Of a stretch of DNA of 64,000 nt, positions 52,725 through 63,105 are shown piece by piece; positions within the stretch are counted from its first letter, which is position 1; every line of letters begins with the position of its first letter. Position numbers and translations under genes: made by a program. The notes beneath the pieces are model-generated. The model had not been told where the DNA came from. It saw nothing but the letters and a program-made list of their open reading frames with translations, and did no database searches. The DNA is from Candidatus Marinacidobacterales bacterium (GTDB lineage: Bacteria; Acidobacteriota; Vicinamibacteria; Marinacidobacterales; DATDRI01). The DNA is taken from positions 544,001 to 608,000 of the forward strand of contig OZ244742.1 in the NCBI GenBank assembly GCA_965219415.1, read 5' to 3'.

Positions 52725-54813
52725 CTATCGCGGATCGCGGTGAAGGGAAGAAACGCGCGTCAGCTCGGCGTCGCTCAGGGCGGCGACGCGTATAGTAGTA
52801 GCCAAGCGCTCGGCTCGCACCTGCGCGCCTCGATCGAGCTCGAGTCCCCCGAAACGAACGTGATAGTAGATCCGGGTCAGCTCGGTTAGACCTGGCAATC
52901 GGCCTTCGAGTGATTCGGCGTATTCGGCAGGCGTCGCTTCCAGGTGCACGATGGAATCCCATTTTCTCTAGCTTCACCAGCAAATCTCCGTAGAACCGAA
53001 CCGCGGATGCCGGCCCCAAGCTGCGGAACGCGATCGGTTTGAAGGGCCAACGTAGATGGAGTTTCGCCCACCACTTCTTACCGACCCGCCTCGTTGCGAC
53101 AACTACGACCAGAACGAACAGGCACCCAATCAGAGCCAGCCACTTGGCCCCCTCCTTGGCGAAGGCGATCGTCTTGCCCGCCAAGCCCACCGTCCATCCG
53201 AGTACTCCGCCCGCCCCCCTCAGGACCCCCCGTTGCCGCTCGTAGTCAAACGTGATGACGTATACATCCCACAGCATCCGGAGCGAATCGATGCTCTTGG
53301 CGACGAACTCGAAAGTCCGGGCCTCATTGCCACCGATCGCTGGAGGCGTAGGGTCGAAGCTTATCCAACCCCGTTGTGGCTCGAAGACTTCGACCCACGC
53401 GTGGGCATCCTCTTTTCGCACCACCTCGAAATGACCGACATCGTTGAGCTCACCTCCCAGGAAACCCGTCGCGATACGCGCCGGCACTCCTCGGGCTCTC
53501 AAAATCATCACCATGGTAGTCGCGAAAAACTCGCAATGCCCGGCTCGGGTCTCGAACAAAAAGTCTTCCAACGGATCCTTACGCTGGCGCGGTGGCGTGT
53601 TCAGCGTATACCCGTACTCGCTTTCGAGATAACTCTCCACCGCGGAAGCCATTTCCTGTGTCGATCTTCCTTCCGGAACGACCTCGCTAACGAGCTCTTG
53701 GAAATCGTCGGAGAAAGGCGGCACCTGAAGGTAAAACTGCCGGGATTCATAGCCGAGCCACACCGCTCCGAGAGAAGATGATTCCGGAGGTGCATCAGGC
53801 CGCCACTCGACGGTGTAGCGCCGACCGGCCCTTCGAGACCTTCCGGTGCGCACGGCCAGATATGGATCCACGAAAACGTAGGGCAGCGGCGTCAATAGGC
53901 GTTGAGAAGCGGGGGGCAGGAAAATGAGGTCTGTATCCAAAGGCTCGAGAAACACTTCGCTCGCGATCCCTTCCTCACCGGTCGGACGCTCCAACAGGAA
54001 CGGACCATCGGGCGACCTGGGGAGCTCCGACATGCCATTTAGGGTCTTGCTCCACTGGCCATCGGCGTACCGATCGTAGGACGCACCACGCCACCGAGGC
54101 GCCGTGATCGGACGGGATTCGTCGACCACCACCCTCATGACGACCTCCCGACTCCGCTTGATCTCCCCGAAGTCACCCAGACGAATCTGCTCATTCAGGC
54201 CGGTGGAGGTGACCCCGCGAAGGCCGCTGATTCGAAATCCCCCGTGGGTGGAACGTGGGAGCAGCACGAAGACGGTTCCAGCGAGGACGAGCACCGCGGC
54301 ACTCAAGGCAGACGCCGTTCGCATCGCTTGCCGGAGCAACGCTTTTTCGTCGAAGACCGGCGTGTCTTTTATCGCCTGCTCGAGTAACAGCACCAGCGAG
54401 CCGACTAGAACAAAGAGAACGAGAGGCACGAGAAAAGCCAGGGTGATGGTCATAGAAGCGGCCGCCAGCATCTCGAAGAGACAAAGAACATAGAGCCGAT
54501 TGCGATCTCGCCTCGTCCTCAAATGAAGCAACGTATGCACCTTCAGGTAGAACATCAGGTGAACCACAGCGAAGATCAGACGGTCCGAAAGCACGAGCCA
54601 ATCGATAGGGAAAAAAAACAGATAGAGGATGGCCAGAATCGAGGACGCGCCTCTCGCCAGCCCCGACCATGCGCTGTCCTCCTTGGCGAGCCCTACCACC
54701 GGAATCACGGTCAAGACGAGGACCGATAGCCACACCGGTATGTCACCGGTGAGAATGACGGCGAGCGACGAAACCTCACACCAAAGGACGATCGCCAAGC
54801 GCAGAGCCGACAA
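52725..54813 (-). CDS. Membrane transglutaminase-like protein (DUF3488/TgpA type); frameshift ~52940
   Basis: N-terminal TMs, FVLLPR, GHCEFFA, AHAWVEV, WISFDPTP. Confidence 0.9.
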
Positions 54814-54846
54814 CGAAGTTATCCCCTCCGCAAAAGGTCTGGAGAT

Positions 54847-56049
54847 TCAGACGCCAATCGTCTGCTCCTGAAAAAGTACCGTCTCCGGATCGACGATGTG
54901 AAGCTGCGGTGCGGACAGAGAACGTAGCGGCCCGCTTTCTCGATAACTCAAAACGAAAACCGTCTCGTCACGGCGGATTGCCTCCCTCACCCAAGTCACA
55001 AGTTCCGGCCCCGAAGTTCGCCGCCGCGGTTGCACGACTGCCAAGTACATGAGAACGCCCCTGCGGTGCTCGATGGATGCTCCATGGGGAAACGTGTCGT
55101 CGATTGACGCAAAGCTGAAAGACAAACCGTGTGCCGCGAGATGCCATGCGAGAGAGGCGGCGGCACCCACCATGGCCTCCAAGGGCTCGGCCGACGCGCC
55201 CGGTGTTTCGTCACCGGTGTTATCGAAAACGATGCTGAAGCGCCGTCGTTGCTCGGCGGCAAACTCCCTGACCATCAACCGCCCGAGCTTAGCGGTCGAT
55301 TTCCAGTGAATGTGGTGCAAATTGTCGCCCGATGCGTACTCCCGCAGCCGAAGGAGCTCTTCACTCTCGCCCCGGCGCTGTCGTTTCGGCACCGAGCCGG
55401 AACGTCCTTGAAAAACGAAGGAGATGTCGACCTGGCTGATGTGAGGAAAGACGGTGATCCTTCGGGCAAGCCGGACCTCCCGCCTGGTTTGAAACAACCC
55501 GAAAGGAAAGCCAGTCTTCAACCGCACCCGTTCGCTCTCGAAGACGCCGCGTCGGGAATAGACCTTCTCGAGAGATACGGTCGCGGCCTGCCCCCGCCCG
55601 AGGTGAGTTACCGAGGCGCTGGGCGAAAGCCCAGGGAAATCGACTTCCTCCAGCTCGATCCCGTACGCGTCCAGCATGCGAGATCGATTGCGAATTAGGA
55701 AACGCTCAGTCGACTTGGTGCCGGCGTAGAGGTCTTCATTCGCCTTCGCGGCCAGCTCGAGCCTTCGAAGCGAAAACCAACCGGCGACTACGGAAATCAA
55801 GGTGCCCCCCAAGCCCACCGAGAACATTAGGTACAGAAGGTTGTTCCGCGTGTTGAACGCGGCGAATCCCATCACGACGAGAAGGAAGAGTAGCCGGAGC
55901 CCGTCTCGCGTTGGGCGTACACCGGACCGGAAACCAGTCTTTCTAAACTGCGAGCCGGATGCCGATTCGACGAGGCGAGCGCCCTTCGCTCCCCCACCTC
56001 GGCCTGCACCCCACTTGCGGCGCCGCCCGGTCCGGAGACGAGGAGACAT
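54847..56049 (-). CDS. DUF58 protein
   Basis: NTRNNLLYL, FPFGLF, LREYASGD, IHWKSTAK, LMVREF. Confidence 0.9.
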   Translation of the reverse strand: MSPRLRTGRRRKWGAGRGGGAKGARLVESASGSQFRKTGFRSGVRPTRDGLRLLFLLVVMGFAAFNTRNNLLYLMFSVGLGGTLISVVAGWFSLRRLELAAKANEDLYAGTKSTERFLIRNRSRMLDAYGIELEEVDFPGLSPSASVTHLGRGQAATVSLEKVYSRRGVFESERVRLKTGFPFGLFQTRREVRLARRITVFPHISQVDISFVFQGRSGSVPKRQRRGESEELLRLREYASGDNLHHIHWKSTAKLGRLMVREFAAEQRRRFSIVFDNTGDETPGASAEPLEAMVGAAASLAWHLAAHGLSFSFASIDDTFPHGASIEHRRGVLMYLAVVQPRRRTSGPELVTWVREAIRRDETVFVLSYRESGPLRSLSAPQLHIVDPETVLFQEQTIGV

Positions 56050-56056
56050 GTTGTTG

Positions 56057-57065
56057 CTAGAGAGGAACGAGTACCGTTTCTAGTAGCTCGGCGAGTATCG
56101 CGTCCGACTCCTGACCTCGGCCGGCTCCGGCGGAGGCACGAGCGCGCGGAACGATTCGATGTGCGAGCACCGAGATTGCCACCGCCTTGACATCATCCGG
56201 CACTAGGTACGATCGGCCAGAGATGAGGGCGTGGGCCTGGGCGGCGCGTTGCAGCAACAACGTGCCACGCGGACTGACTCCAAGAGCAAGGTCACTCGAT
56301 TGGCGCGTCGCGGCCGCCAACCGGACGAGATAGTCGGCGAGAGAGGCCTCGACTTCAACCGCGCGCACCTGCTTTTGGATCTCTTCCACGTCGTCGCTTG
56401 AAAGGACCGGCTGCACGTCGTCAATCGGATGAGACAGCCGCTGCGCACGGAGGATCTCTTTTTCGTGATTCTCGTCGGGGTACCCCCATACGAATGCGCA
56501 TCAAGAAACGGTCTAGCTGAGATTCAGGAAGAGGGTAAGTGCCGTGGTGCTCGACTGGATTCTGGGTCGCGATCACGATAAACGGCCTAGGAAGCGGATG
56601 AGACGTGCTGTCGACACTGACCTGCGATTCGTTCATCGCTTCCAGCAACGCCGACTGCGTCTTGGAGGTGCTGCGATTGATCTCATCGGCGAGAACCACG
56701 TTGGCGAAGAGAGGACCCTGCTTGAACTCGAAAGTGGAGTTCGTGGGATTGAAAACCGAGACGCCAATAATGTCCGACGGAAGGAGGTCACTGGTGAACT
56801 GGATACGCCGAAAGGTTCCAGCCAGGGACCGAGCCAAAGCCTGACCGAGCATCGTCTTCCCTACGCCGGGCACGTCCTCGATCAACAGGTGGCCTCCCGA
56901 GAACAATGCCACCAAGGCCTGGGTGACGACTTCCGGCTTGCCACGGATGACCCCTTCCACCGATCGGCGAAGTCCCTCTATACGGCCAGTAAGATCCGAG
57001 TCAACGTTGGACGATTGGCTTGTCTTGGGACTGAAGGCCGTGGTTCCCGCACCCTGTGGCTGCAT
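56057..57065 (-). CDS. MoxR-family AAA+ ATPase; frameshift ~56485
   Basis: [55 protein letters not shown]. Confidence 0.93.
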
Positions 57066-57078
57066 GTAAACGCCTCGC

Positions 57079-57107
57079 TTGACGAGAGACCTACCTTCTT
57101 GTAGCAT
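57079..57107 (+). promoter_or_regulatory. Sigma70 promoter of tRNA-Val
   Basis: TTGACG-N17-TAGCAT, 11 bp before the tRNA. Confidence 0.65.
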
Positions 57108-57118
57108 TCGAAATGGAC

Positions 57119-57193
57119 GGGCGATTAACTCAGTGGGAGAGTGCTACCTTCACACGGTAGAAGTCGCAGGTTCAAATCCTGCATCGCCCACCA
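57119..57193 (+). tRNA. tRNA-Val (CAC)
   Basis: GGGCGAT acceptor stem, CTACC-TT CAC AC-GGTAG anticodon arm, GGTTCAAATCC, CCA end. Confidence 0.96.
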
Positions 57194-57271
57194 CCCCGCC
57201 TCACTTGCCCAGTTAGCCGCGAATGGTGGCACGCTGTACTCGCCGCGCCGCCCAAACGACTTGCGTTTGTC

Positions 57272-57760
57272 TTACGAAACTTTCTCTCGACGCGCGGCCC
57301 CAAATAACAGCAGGGCACCAACGCCGATAAGAAGAATCGGCCAAAGCTTCTCGAGCTCAAGCCAGGGGATGAAGTTCTTGAACAAGAAGGCCGCCCCGAT
57401 GACGATGAGAGCCAGCCCCACGAAGACCGTGGACCGGCGCTCCGGTCGATCTTCGTCGCCCTCGAGCGTGGCCTCGAACTTCTCTGCCAGAGAGCTCCCT
57501 ACTCGCCGCAGCTCGCCGACGACATCTTCCTTCAACTGCTGGTTCTTTGCGAAGGAGGGATTCGGACTCTGCTCGGGATTCTCCGGCACGATGAGCCAAG
57601 CGACCAAATAAACGACCAACCCGGCTCCTCCTAGGAAGATCGCGATGATGAAGACCAACCGGACCAGCGATGGGTCTAGGTTGAAATACTCGGCCAAGCC
57701 GCCGCAAACCCCCGCCACCAAAGCATCCCGGCGGGAGCGGAAGAGTCGTTTTGCCGCCAT
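57272..57760 (-). CDS. PspC-domain membrane protein
   Basis: KRLFRSRRD..VAGVCGGLAEYF..DP..VR, YLVAWLIVP; C-terminal LWPILLI TM pair. Confidence 0.9.
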   Translation of the reverse strand: MAAKRLFRSRRDALVAGVCGGLAEYFNLDPSLVRLVFIIAIFLGGAGLVVYLVAWLIVPENPEQSPNPSFAKNQQLKEDVVGELRRVGSSLAEKFEATLEGDEDRPERRSTVFVGLALIVIGAAFLFKNFIPWLELEKLWPILLIGVGALLLFGAARREKVS

Positions 57761-57883
57761 CAAGCCTCCGCTCCCAAAATTAGCACGCCGGTACCGTCCG
57801 CGTCAAAGTTTTGATGGGAGGGACGTTATAGGCCCGTCTGGCTAGCCCGCTTATTGCAACGACATGGTTTGACGACCTCCGTG

Positions 57884-58792
57884 CTAAATATCCTCGAAAT
57901 GCGTCAGCTCTTTGAACTCCCGGTATCGAGCATCGATGTCGGCTCGGCTAATAGACTCCAGCCGCCGGGTTCCGAAGTCCTCGACGCAGAAGGATCCCAG
58001 GGCACTCCCGAAGATGATGGCTTGCCTAAGAGCCTCATCGGACAACGATTCTTGGCTCGCCAGATAGCCCAGGAAGCCACCCGCGAAAGTGTCCCCGGCC
58101 CCAGTGGGGTCGAATACGGTCTCCAAGGGGTAGGCCGGTGCGGCGAACCGGTGGCTCTCGTTGAATAACAGCACTCCGTGTTCGCCCCGCTTGACGACCA
58201 AGGTCTTCGGACCCATCGCGTGGATTTTCTCGGCGGCACGCACCAGATTGTACTCATCGGTGAGTTGCCGGGTCTCCGAGTCGTTGATCAGCAAGACGTC
58301 GACACGCTCCAGCATTTGGCGGAGCGCATCGGGGGTCCTCTCGATCCAGAAGTTCATCGTGTCGGCGGCGATGAGTTTGGGGCTCTTCACTTGTTCGACG
58401 ACATCCACTTGCAAAGTGGGATGGATATTCCCCAGGAAGACGAAATCCGATGTCCGATAATCCTCGAGGATCGTTGGTTTGAAGTTCTCGAATACGTTGA
58501 GCTCGGTAAAGAGCGTCGTACGTTCGTTGAGGTCATAGCTATACTCGCCCCCCCAACGAAAGGTCTTCCCCGGGGCGGTTTGAAGTCCCGCTAGATCGAT
58601 CGACCTCCCTTCGAAGACGGCGCGCTCCTTGTCCGTGAAATCCTCCCCAACCACCGCGACCATCCCGACGTTGGTAAAGAAGGAGGCCGCCAATGAGAAA
58701 TGGCTTAGTGCTCCCCCCAAGATTTTGTCGACTTCACCGAACGGTGTCTTCAAGGTGTCGAAAGCTACCGAGCCAACAGCAAGAATGGACAT
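57884..58792 (-). CDS. PfkB-family sugar/nucleoside kinase
   Basis: VGSVAFD, LGG, DTMNFW, INDSE, DPTGAGDTFAGG. Confidence 0.92.
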   Translation of the reverse strand: MSILAVGSVAFDTLKTPFGEVDKILGGALSHFSLAASFFTNVGMVAVVGEDFTDKERAVFEGRSIDLAGLQTAPGKTFRWGGEYSYDLNERTTLFTELNVFENFKPTILEDYRTSDFVFLGNIHPTLQVDVVEQVKSPKLIAADTMNFWIERTPDALRQMLERVDVLLINDSETRQLTDEYNLVRAAEKIHAMGPKTLVVKRGEHGVLLFNESHRFAAPAYPLETVFDPTGAGDTFAGGFLGYLASQESLSDEALRQAIIFGSALGSFCVEDFGTRRLESISRADIDARYREFKELTHFEDI

Positions 58793-58814
58793 GCGCTTTA
58801 ATTTCTCCTTTACG

Positions 58815-59684
58815 CTATTTCAGGTATTTGCCGACAAGCGGTTCCAGCTCCCGCTTCATCGCGGGCGAGATATGGTCGGGCTGCGTAATGAGAGCGTACT
58901 TTAGTGCGCTAGCACATTCGCACGTTCTCTCGAAGGGCAGCTTCTTAACCGACTCCCGGATCATTTTACGAGCCGTCTCCGCATTTTTTGTCAAGTTTGC
59001 GATCACAGCGTCCACGGTGACCGCCTCCTCACTCTCGTGCCAGCAATCGTAGTCCGTCACCAAAGCCATCGTGGAGTAACAAATCTCCGCCTCACGGGCC
59101 AGCTTCGCCTCTTGGAGGTTGGTCATACCGATGACATCACAACCCCAGGAGCGATAGAGTTTGGATTCCGCTAGAGTCGAAAACTGAGGACCTTCGATAC
59201 AAAGGTATGTCCCTCCTCGATGGATCTTGGCATCGGTGCCGGCTCCCGCCTGGTAGAGGTGCTCGGAAAGAATGGAGCAGAACGGCTGAGCAAACGCCAC
59301 GTGTCCGACGAGTCCGGTATTGAAGAAAGTCGAGATGCGTCCTCGGGTTCGGTCAATGAATTGATCGGGAACGACGATATCCAGTGGAGGGATTTCCTCT
59401 TTCAAGGACCCCACCGCGCTGGCGGACAGAATGTACTCGACACCGAGCAGCTTGAATCCAAAGAGGTTGGCCCTAAAATTCAGCTCGCTCGGGGGAATGC
59501 GATGGCCCTTGCCGTGACGAGCAAGAAACGCAACGCGCTTACCCTCGAGCGTGCCGACAACGTATTTGGCGGAAGGCCAACCGAAAGGGGTCTCGAGAGA
59601 GACTTTTTCGACATCCATGAGCCCGTCCATCTGGTAAAGGCCGCTTCCTCCAATGATTCCGATCTGTGCCTGTGCTTGTGCCAT
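58815..59684 (-). CDS. mtnP: S-methyl-5'-thioadenosine phosphorylase
   Basis: IGIIGGSG, TPFG, LARHG, EGPQFST, GMTNLQEAKLAREAE, VTDYDCW. Confidence 0.93.
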   Translation of the reverse strand: MAQAQAQIGIIGGSGLYQMDGLMDVEKVSLETPFGWPSAKYVVGTLEGKRVAFLARHGKGHRIPPSELNFRANLFGFKLLGVEYILSASAVGSLKEEIPPLDIVVPDQFIDRTRGRISTFFNTGLVGHVAFAQPFCSILSEHLYQAGAGTDAKIHRGGTYLCIEGPQFSTLAESKLYRSWGCDVIGMTNLQEAKLAREAEICYSTMALVTDYDCWHESEEAVTVDAVIANLTKNAETARKMIRESVKKLPFERTCECASALKYALITQPDHISPAMKRELEPLVGKYLK

Positions 59685-59693
59685 CTCTCTTAT

Positions 59694-60089
59694 TCACTCC
59701 TTTTGCTTCAATTCCACTAAGACGCCATGCGTCGACTTCGGATGGACGAACGCCACCAGGTGTCCTCCGGCCCCCGGGCGGGGCTTTTGGTCTATGAGCT
59801 TGGCCCCTTGCTCTTCGAACTCCCGAAGGCTCGCCTCGATATCCTCGACTTCGAAACAAACGTGATGGAGTCCTTCGCCTCTCTTGGCCAGGAACTTCCC
59901 CACGTTGGAATCCTCTTCGTGAGGTTCGAGCAGCTCTAAATTGCTGTCGCCCACCGGCAAGAAGAGCGCCGATACCTTCCACTCGGGTAAATCGTAGCGC
60001 TGGCCCCGGTCGAGCCCGAGAAGCCCACCCCATCGAGTCGCCGCCTCTTCCAGATCATGCACCGCGATGCCGATGTGATGGATCTTCAT
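59694..60089 (-). CDS. mce: Methylmalonyl-CoA epimerase
   Basis: HHIGIAV, LELLEP, GEGLHHV, FVHPKSTHGVLVEL; adjacent to meaB. Confidence 0.9.
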   Translation of the reverse strand: MKIHHIGIAVHDLEEAATRWGGLLGLDRGQRYDLPEWKVSALFLPVGDSNLELLEPHEEDSNVGKFLAKRGEGLHHVCFEVEDIEASLREFEEQGAKLIDQKPRPGAGGHLVAFVHPKSTHGVLVELKQKE

Positions 60090-61012
60090 GGATTCTTCTT
60101 TTTTCTAATGGAAGCCAGGACGTTGTCGGCCGCGGCAAACGGATCGATGGACCGCGCCAGCACCCCATCCACGGCGTCCTTCCAAACTTCGTCCTTCACT
60201 TCTTCCCTCAATCGCTGGTGCAAGACTTCGGTGAGCCAACCCTCGACGAAGCGTTTTCGATTCGCCTCGGTGTGCACCCCCGAGACCGCGTCAAACTTCG
60301 CCGCTTCCTCGAAGAGTCGCTCCACGCCTTCGCCCGTCGTTGCGGTGGTACACACAACGGGGGGAGAGCCGGAGGGGTCGTTGTGAGCCGACCTCAATTC
60401 TTCCGCAAGACGATCGGCGCCATCTCGGTCGGCCTTGTTTACCACTAGCACGTCGGCGATTTCAAGGAGTCCCGCCTTGTTGGCTTGAAGCTCATCTCCC
60501 AGACCCGGCGCGAGGACGACGAACGTCAAACCCACCGCGGCGGCCACTTCGACTTCATCCTGACCCACCCCCACGGTCTCTACCAGAATGAAATCCTTGC
60601 CCACCGCTTCGAGCAGTGTAATCGCTTCGAACGTCGCCGCAGCCAATCCCCCGACGTGTCCGCGGGTCGCCATGCTACGGATGAAGATGTCCGGGCTCTG
60701 GTTAGCCGATTCCATGCGGGTCCGATCGCCGAGGAAGGCACCTCCCGAAAAAGGACTGCTTGGATCAATCGCGAGCACGGCAACGTTCTTGCCGCCTTCG
60801 TTAGCCCGGCCTGCAATCGCATCGGCGAGGGTGCTTTTGCCAACGCCCGGTGACCCGGTCAACCCCCAAACCGTGGCCCGTCCCGTCTCGGGATAAAGCT
60901 CCGCCACGAGCTCGCGTCCCTCCGGTCGACGGTTCTCGACGATGGTTAGTGCGCGCGCAAGTGCACGGCTATCGCCCTTCCGCACTCGCGCCGCTAGGTC
61001 TTGCTCACTCAT
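60086..61012 (-). CDS. meaB: MeaB/ArgK methylmalonyl-CoA mutase-associated GTPase
   Basis: TGSPGVGKST, IDPSSPFSGGAFLGDRTRM, ETVGVGQ, NKAD. Confidence 0.93.
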   Translation of the reverse strand: MSEQDLAARVRKGDSRALARALTIVENRRPEGRELVAELYPETGRATVWGLTGSPGVGKSTLADAIAGRANEGGKNVAVLAIDPSSPFSGGAFLGDRTRMESANQSPDIFIRSMATRGHVGGLAAATFEAITLLEAVGKDFILVETVGVGQDEVEVAAAVGLTFVVLAPGLGDELQANKAGLLEIADVLVVNKADRDGADRLAEELRSAHNDPSGSPPVVCTTATTGEGVERLFEEAAKFDAVSGVHTEANRKRFVEGWLTEVLHQRLREEVKDEVWKDAVDGVLARSIDPFAAADNVLASIRKKKNP

Positions 61013-61078
61013 CAGAGTAGGGATCGTACTAGAGATGCGGGTCACCCGCGAGGCCGTCCCGCTGCGAACTGGAGGAGT

Positions 61079-62221
61079 TTATTTGGAGAGAAGCTGGCGA
61101 GCGATCACCAGCCGCTGAATTTCAGACGTCCCCTCGCCGATCGTGGTGAGCTTCGCATCACGGTAATAGCGTTCGGCCGGATAGTCCTTAATGTAACCGT
61201 AGCCGCCTAGGACCTGCACCGCCTCGTTCGCGGCCCGTACCGCCACCTCGCTGGCGTAGAGCTTCGCCATCGCCGCTTCTTTCGTGTGCGGTTTGCCGTC
61301 GTCCTTTAGGGAAGCGGCACGGTACATGAGAAGACGGGCGGCATCGATCTCCGTCGCCATGTCGGCCAGCTTCCAGCGAATACCTTGAAAGGCAGAGATG
61401 GTTTTTCCGAACTGCTTTCGTTTCTGTGAGTAATCCAGAGCACACTCGAAAGCCGCCTGGGCGATCCCCAACCCGAGCGCCGCGATCCCGATCCGCCCCC
61501 CGTCCAGCACCTTGAGCGAAGCCACGAACCCCTCACCTTGCTGCCCGAGGAGAAACCTCTTCGGGACGCGGCAGTCGTCGAACACCATCTCCGAAGTATC
61601 CGAAGCGCGATGCCCAAGCTTGTCCTCTATCTTGCCGTTCTCGAAGCCCGGCGTGCCGCGAGGGACGATGAACGCCGAGATCCCGTGCGAGCCCTTATCC
61701 TTGTCGGTGACCGCCATGGCGATAGCCACATCGGCGACGCTCCCGTTGGTCGTAAACGTCTTGCTTCCGTTCACGACCCATTCGTCTCCCTCGAGAACCG
61801 CGGTCGTACGCGTGCCGCCGGCGTCGCTCCCCGCCTCCGGCTCGGTGAGACTCCAAGCCCCAATCCATTTCCCCGAGGCCAGGGGGGTCAGAAACTCCTT
61901 TTTTTGTTCTTCCGTCCCCTGTTCGTAAATGTGATTCGCACAAAGAGAAATGTGGGCGGATAGAGTGATCGCTACTGAAGCATCCGCACGCGCCAGCTCC
62001 TCGATCACCAGAGCGTAGTCGACGTACTTGAGACCCGCGCCCCCATATTCGGTCGGGAAGATCACCCCTAGAAAACCAAGCTCGCCCAAAGCCTTGATCG
62101 TTTCCATGGGAAAGATCTTCTTTTCATCCCACTCCTTAGAGTTCGCCAGGATCTCTTTTTCCGCGAAATCGCGCAGGACGCGGCGCATTTCCAGTTGTTC
62201 ATCGCTGAATTCGAAATTCAT
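61079..62221 (-). CDS. Acyl-CoA dehydrogenase (short/branched-chain type)
   Basis: LTEPEAGSD, NGSKTFTTN, KLGHRAS, RKQFGK, GGYGY, IGEGTSEIQR. Confidence 0.95.
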   Translation of the reverse strand: MNFEFSDEQLEMRRVLRDFAEKEILANSKEWDEKKIFPMETIKALGELGFLGVIFPTEYGGAGLKYVDYALVIEELARADASVAITLSAHISLCANHIYEQGTEEQKKEFLTPLASGKWIGAWSLTEPEAGSDAGGTRTTAVLEGDEWVVNGSKTFTTNGSVADVAIAMAVTDKDKGSHGISAFIVPRGTPGFENGKIEDKLGHRASDTSEMVFDDCRVPKRFLLGQQGEGFVASLKVLDGGRIGIAALGLGIAQAAFECALDYSQKRKQFGKTISAFQGIRWKLADMATEIDAARLLMYRAASLKDDGKPHTKEAAMAKLYASEVAVRAANEAVQVLGGYGYIKDYPAERYYRDAKLTTIGEGTSEIQRLVIARQLLSK

Positions 62222-62266
62222 TCTATGATTAGTATAAGGAAACACCCAACGCTTCGACAAGAAGAT

Positions 62267-62295
62267 TTGACACTTTGATGACCATTCTCTAGCAT
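62267..62295 (+). promoter_or_regulatory. Sigma70 promoter upstream of mtgA
   Basis: TTGACA-N17-TAGCAT, 12 bp before the ATG (very short leader). Confidence 0.6.
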
Positions 62296-62307
62296 TCGCC
62301 GTGAAAG

Positions 62308-63102
62308 ATGACCGACCAGCCGGCAAGTAAAAGAGGGTTCTTTAGACGACACTGGCTCCTCTCAGCGTTCGCAGCGCTCATCGGAGTTTTCACCGCCTAC
62401 CTGACTTACCTAACGGTCAGTCTCCCTTCGGTCGATTTTCTGCGCTCGAAAAACCCCGACACGACGAGCCTGATGACGGCGCGCGCCGCCGAGGCCGGTG
62501 CGAAGGGAGTAGAACCGAAGCATGTGCAGTACTGGGTCCCCCTGACGGACGTCTCGGAACGAGTGATCCAGGCGGTCCGCATGGGAGAAGATGCCGCGTT
62601 CTTCAGCCACTCCGGGTTCGATTTTCACGAGATCCGAGAGTCGGTCCGGAAAAACTTCCAGCGCGGTAAGTATGCTCGCGGCGCCAGCACCATCACCCAG
62701 CAGCTGGCGAAAAACATCTTCCTTTCCACCGAGAAGTCGCTCCAGCGCAAATTGAAAGAAGCGGTTCTGACCTACCGACTCGAAAACGGGCTGTCGAAAA
62801 AGCGCATCCTGGAGCTCTATCTCAACGTCATCGAATGGGGAGATGGCATATACGGCATTGAAGCCGCAGCACGTGCTTACTTCGGAAAGCCCGCAAAATA
62901 CCTCGATGCCGCGGAAGCGGCGTTCTTGGCGGCGATGATTCCCAACCCCCGCCGACTCAACCCCGCCAAACGCTTCGACTCTCTCAAGGTACGGCAAGAG
63001 CGGATCCTCGGCTGGATGGTACGCGCGGGCTTCCTGACCGAAGAGGAGTTCGCCCGGGCCAAGGAACAAACGCTAAATTTGAAGGTCGAGAGCTCCACCT
63101 AG
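62308..63102 (+). CDS. mtgA: Monofunctional peptidoglycan transglycosylase
   Basis: EDAAFFSHSG, GASTITQQLAKN, RKLKE, KKRILELYLNVIEWG. Confidence 0.92.
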   Translation: MTDQPASKRGFFRRHWLLSAFAALIGVFTAYLTYLTVSLPSVDFLRSKNPDTTSLMTARAAEAGAKGVEPKHVQYWVPLTDVSERVIQAVRMGEDAAFFSHSGFDFHEIRESVRKNFQRGKYARGASTITQQLAKNIFLSTEKSLQRKLKEAVLTYRLENGLSKKRILELYLNVIEWGDGIYGIEAAARAYFGKPAKYLDAAEAAFLAAMIPNPRRLNPAKRFDSLKVRQERILGWMVRAGFLTEEEFARAKEQTLNLKVESST

Positions 63103-63105
63103 CCC

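Noticed and set aside
52725-57065. MoxR-DUF58-transglutaminase cluster as a novel system
   Set aside because: Well-known conserved gene triad
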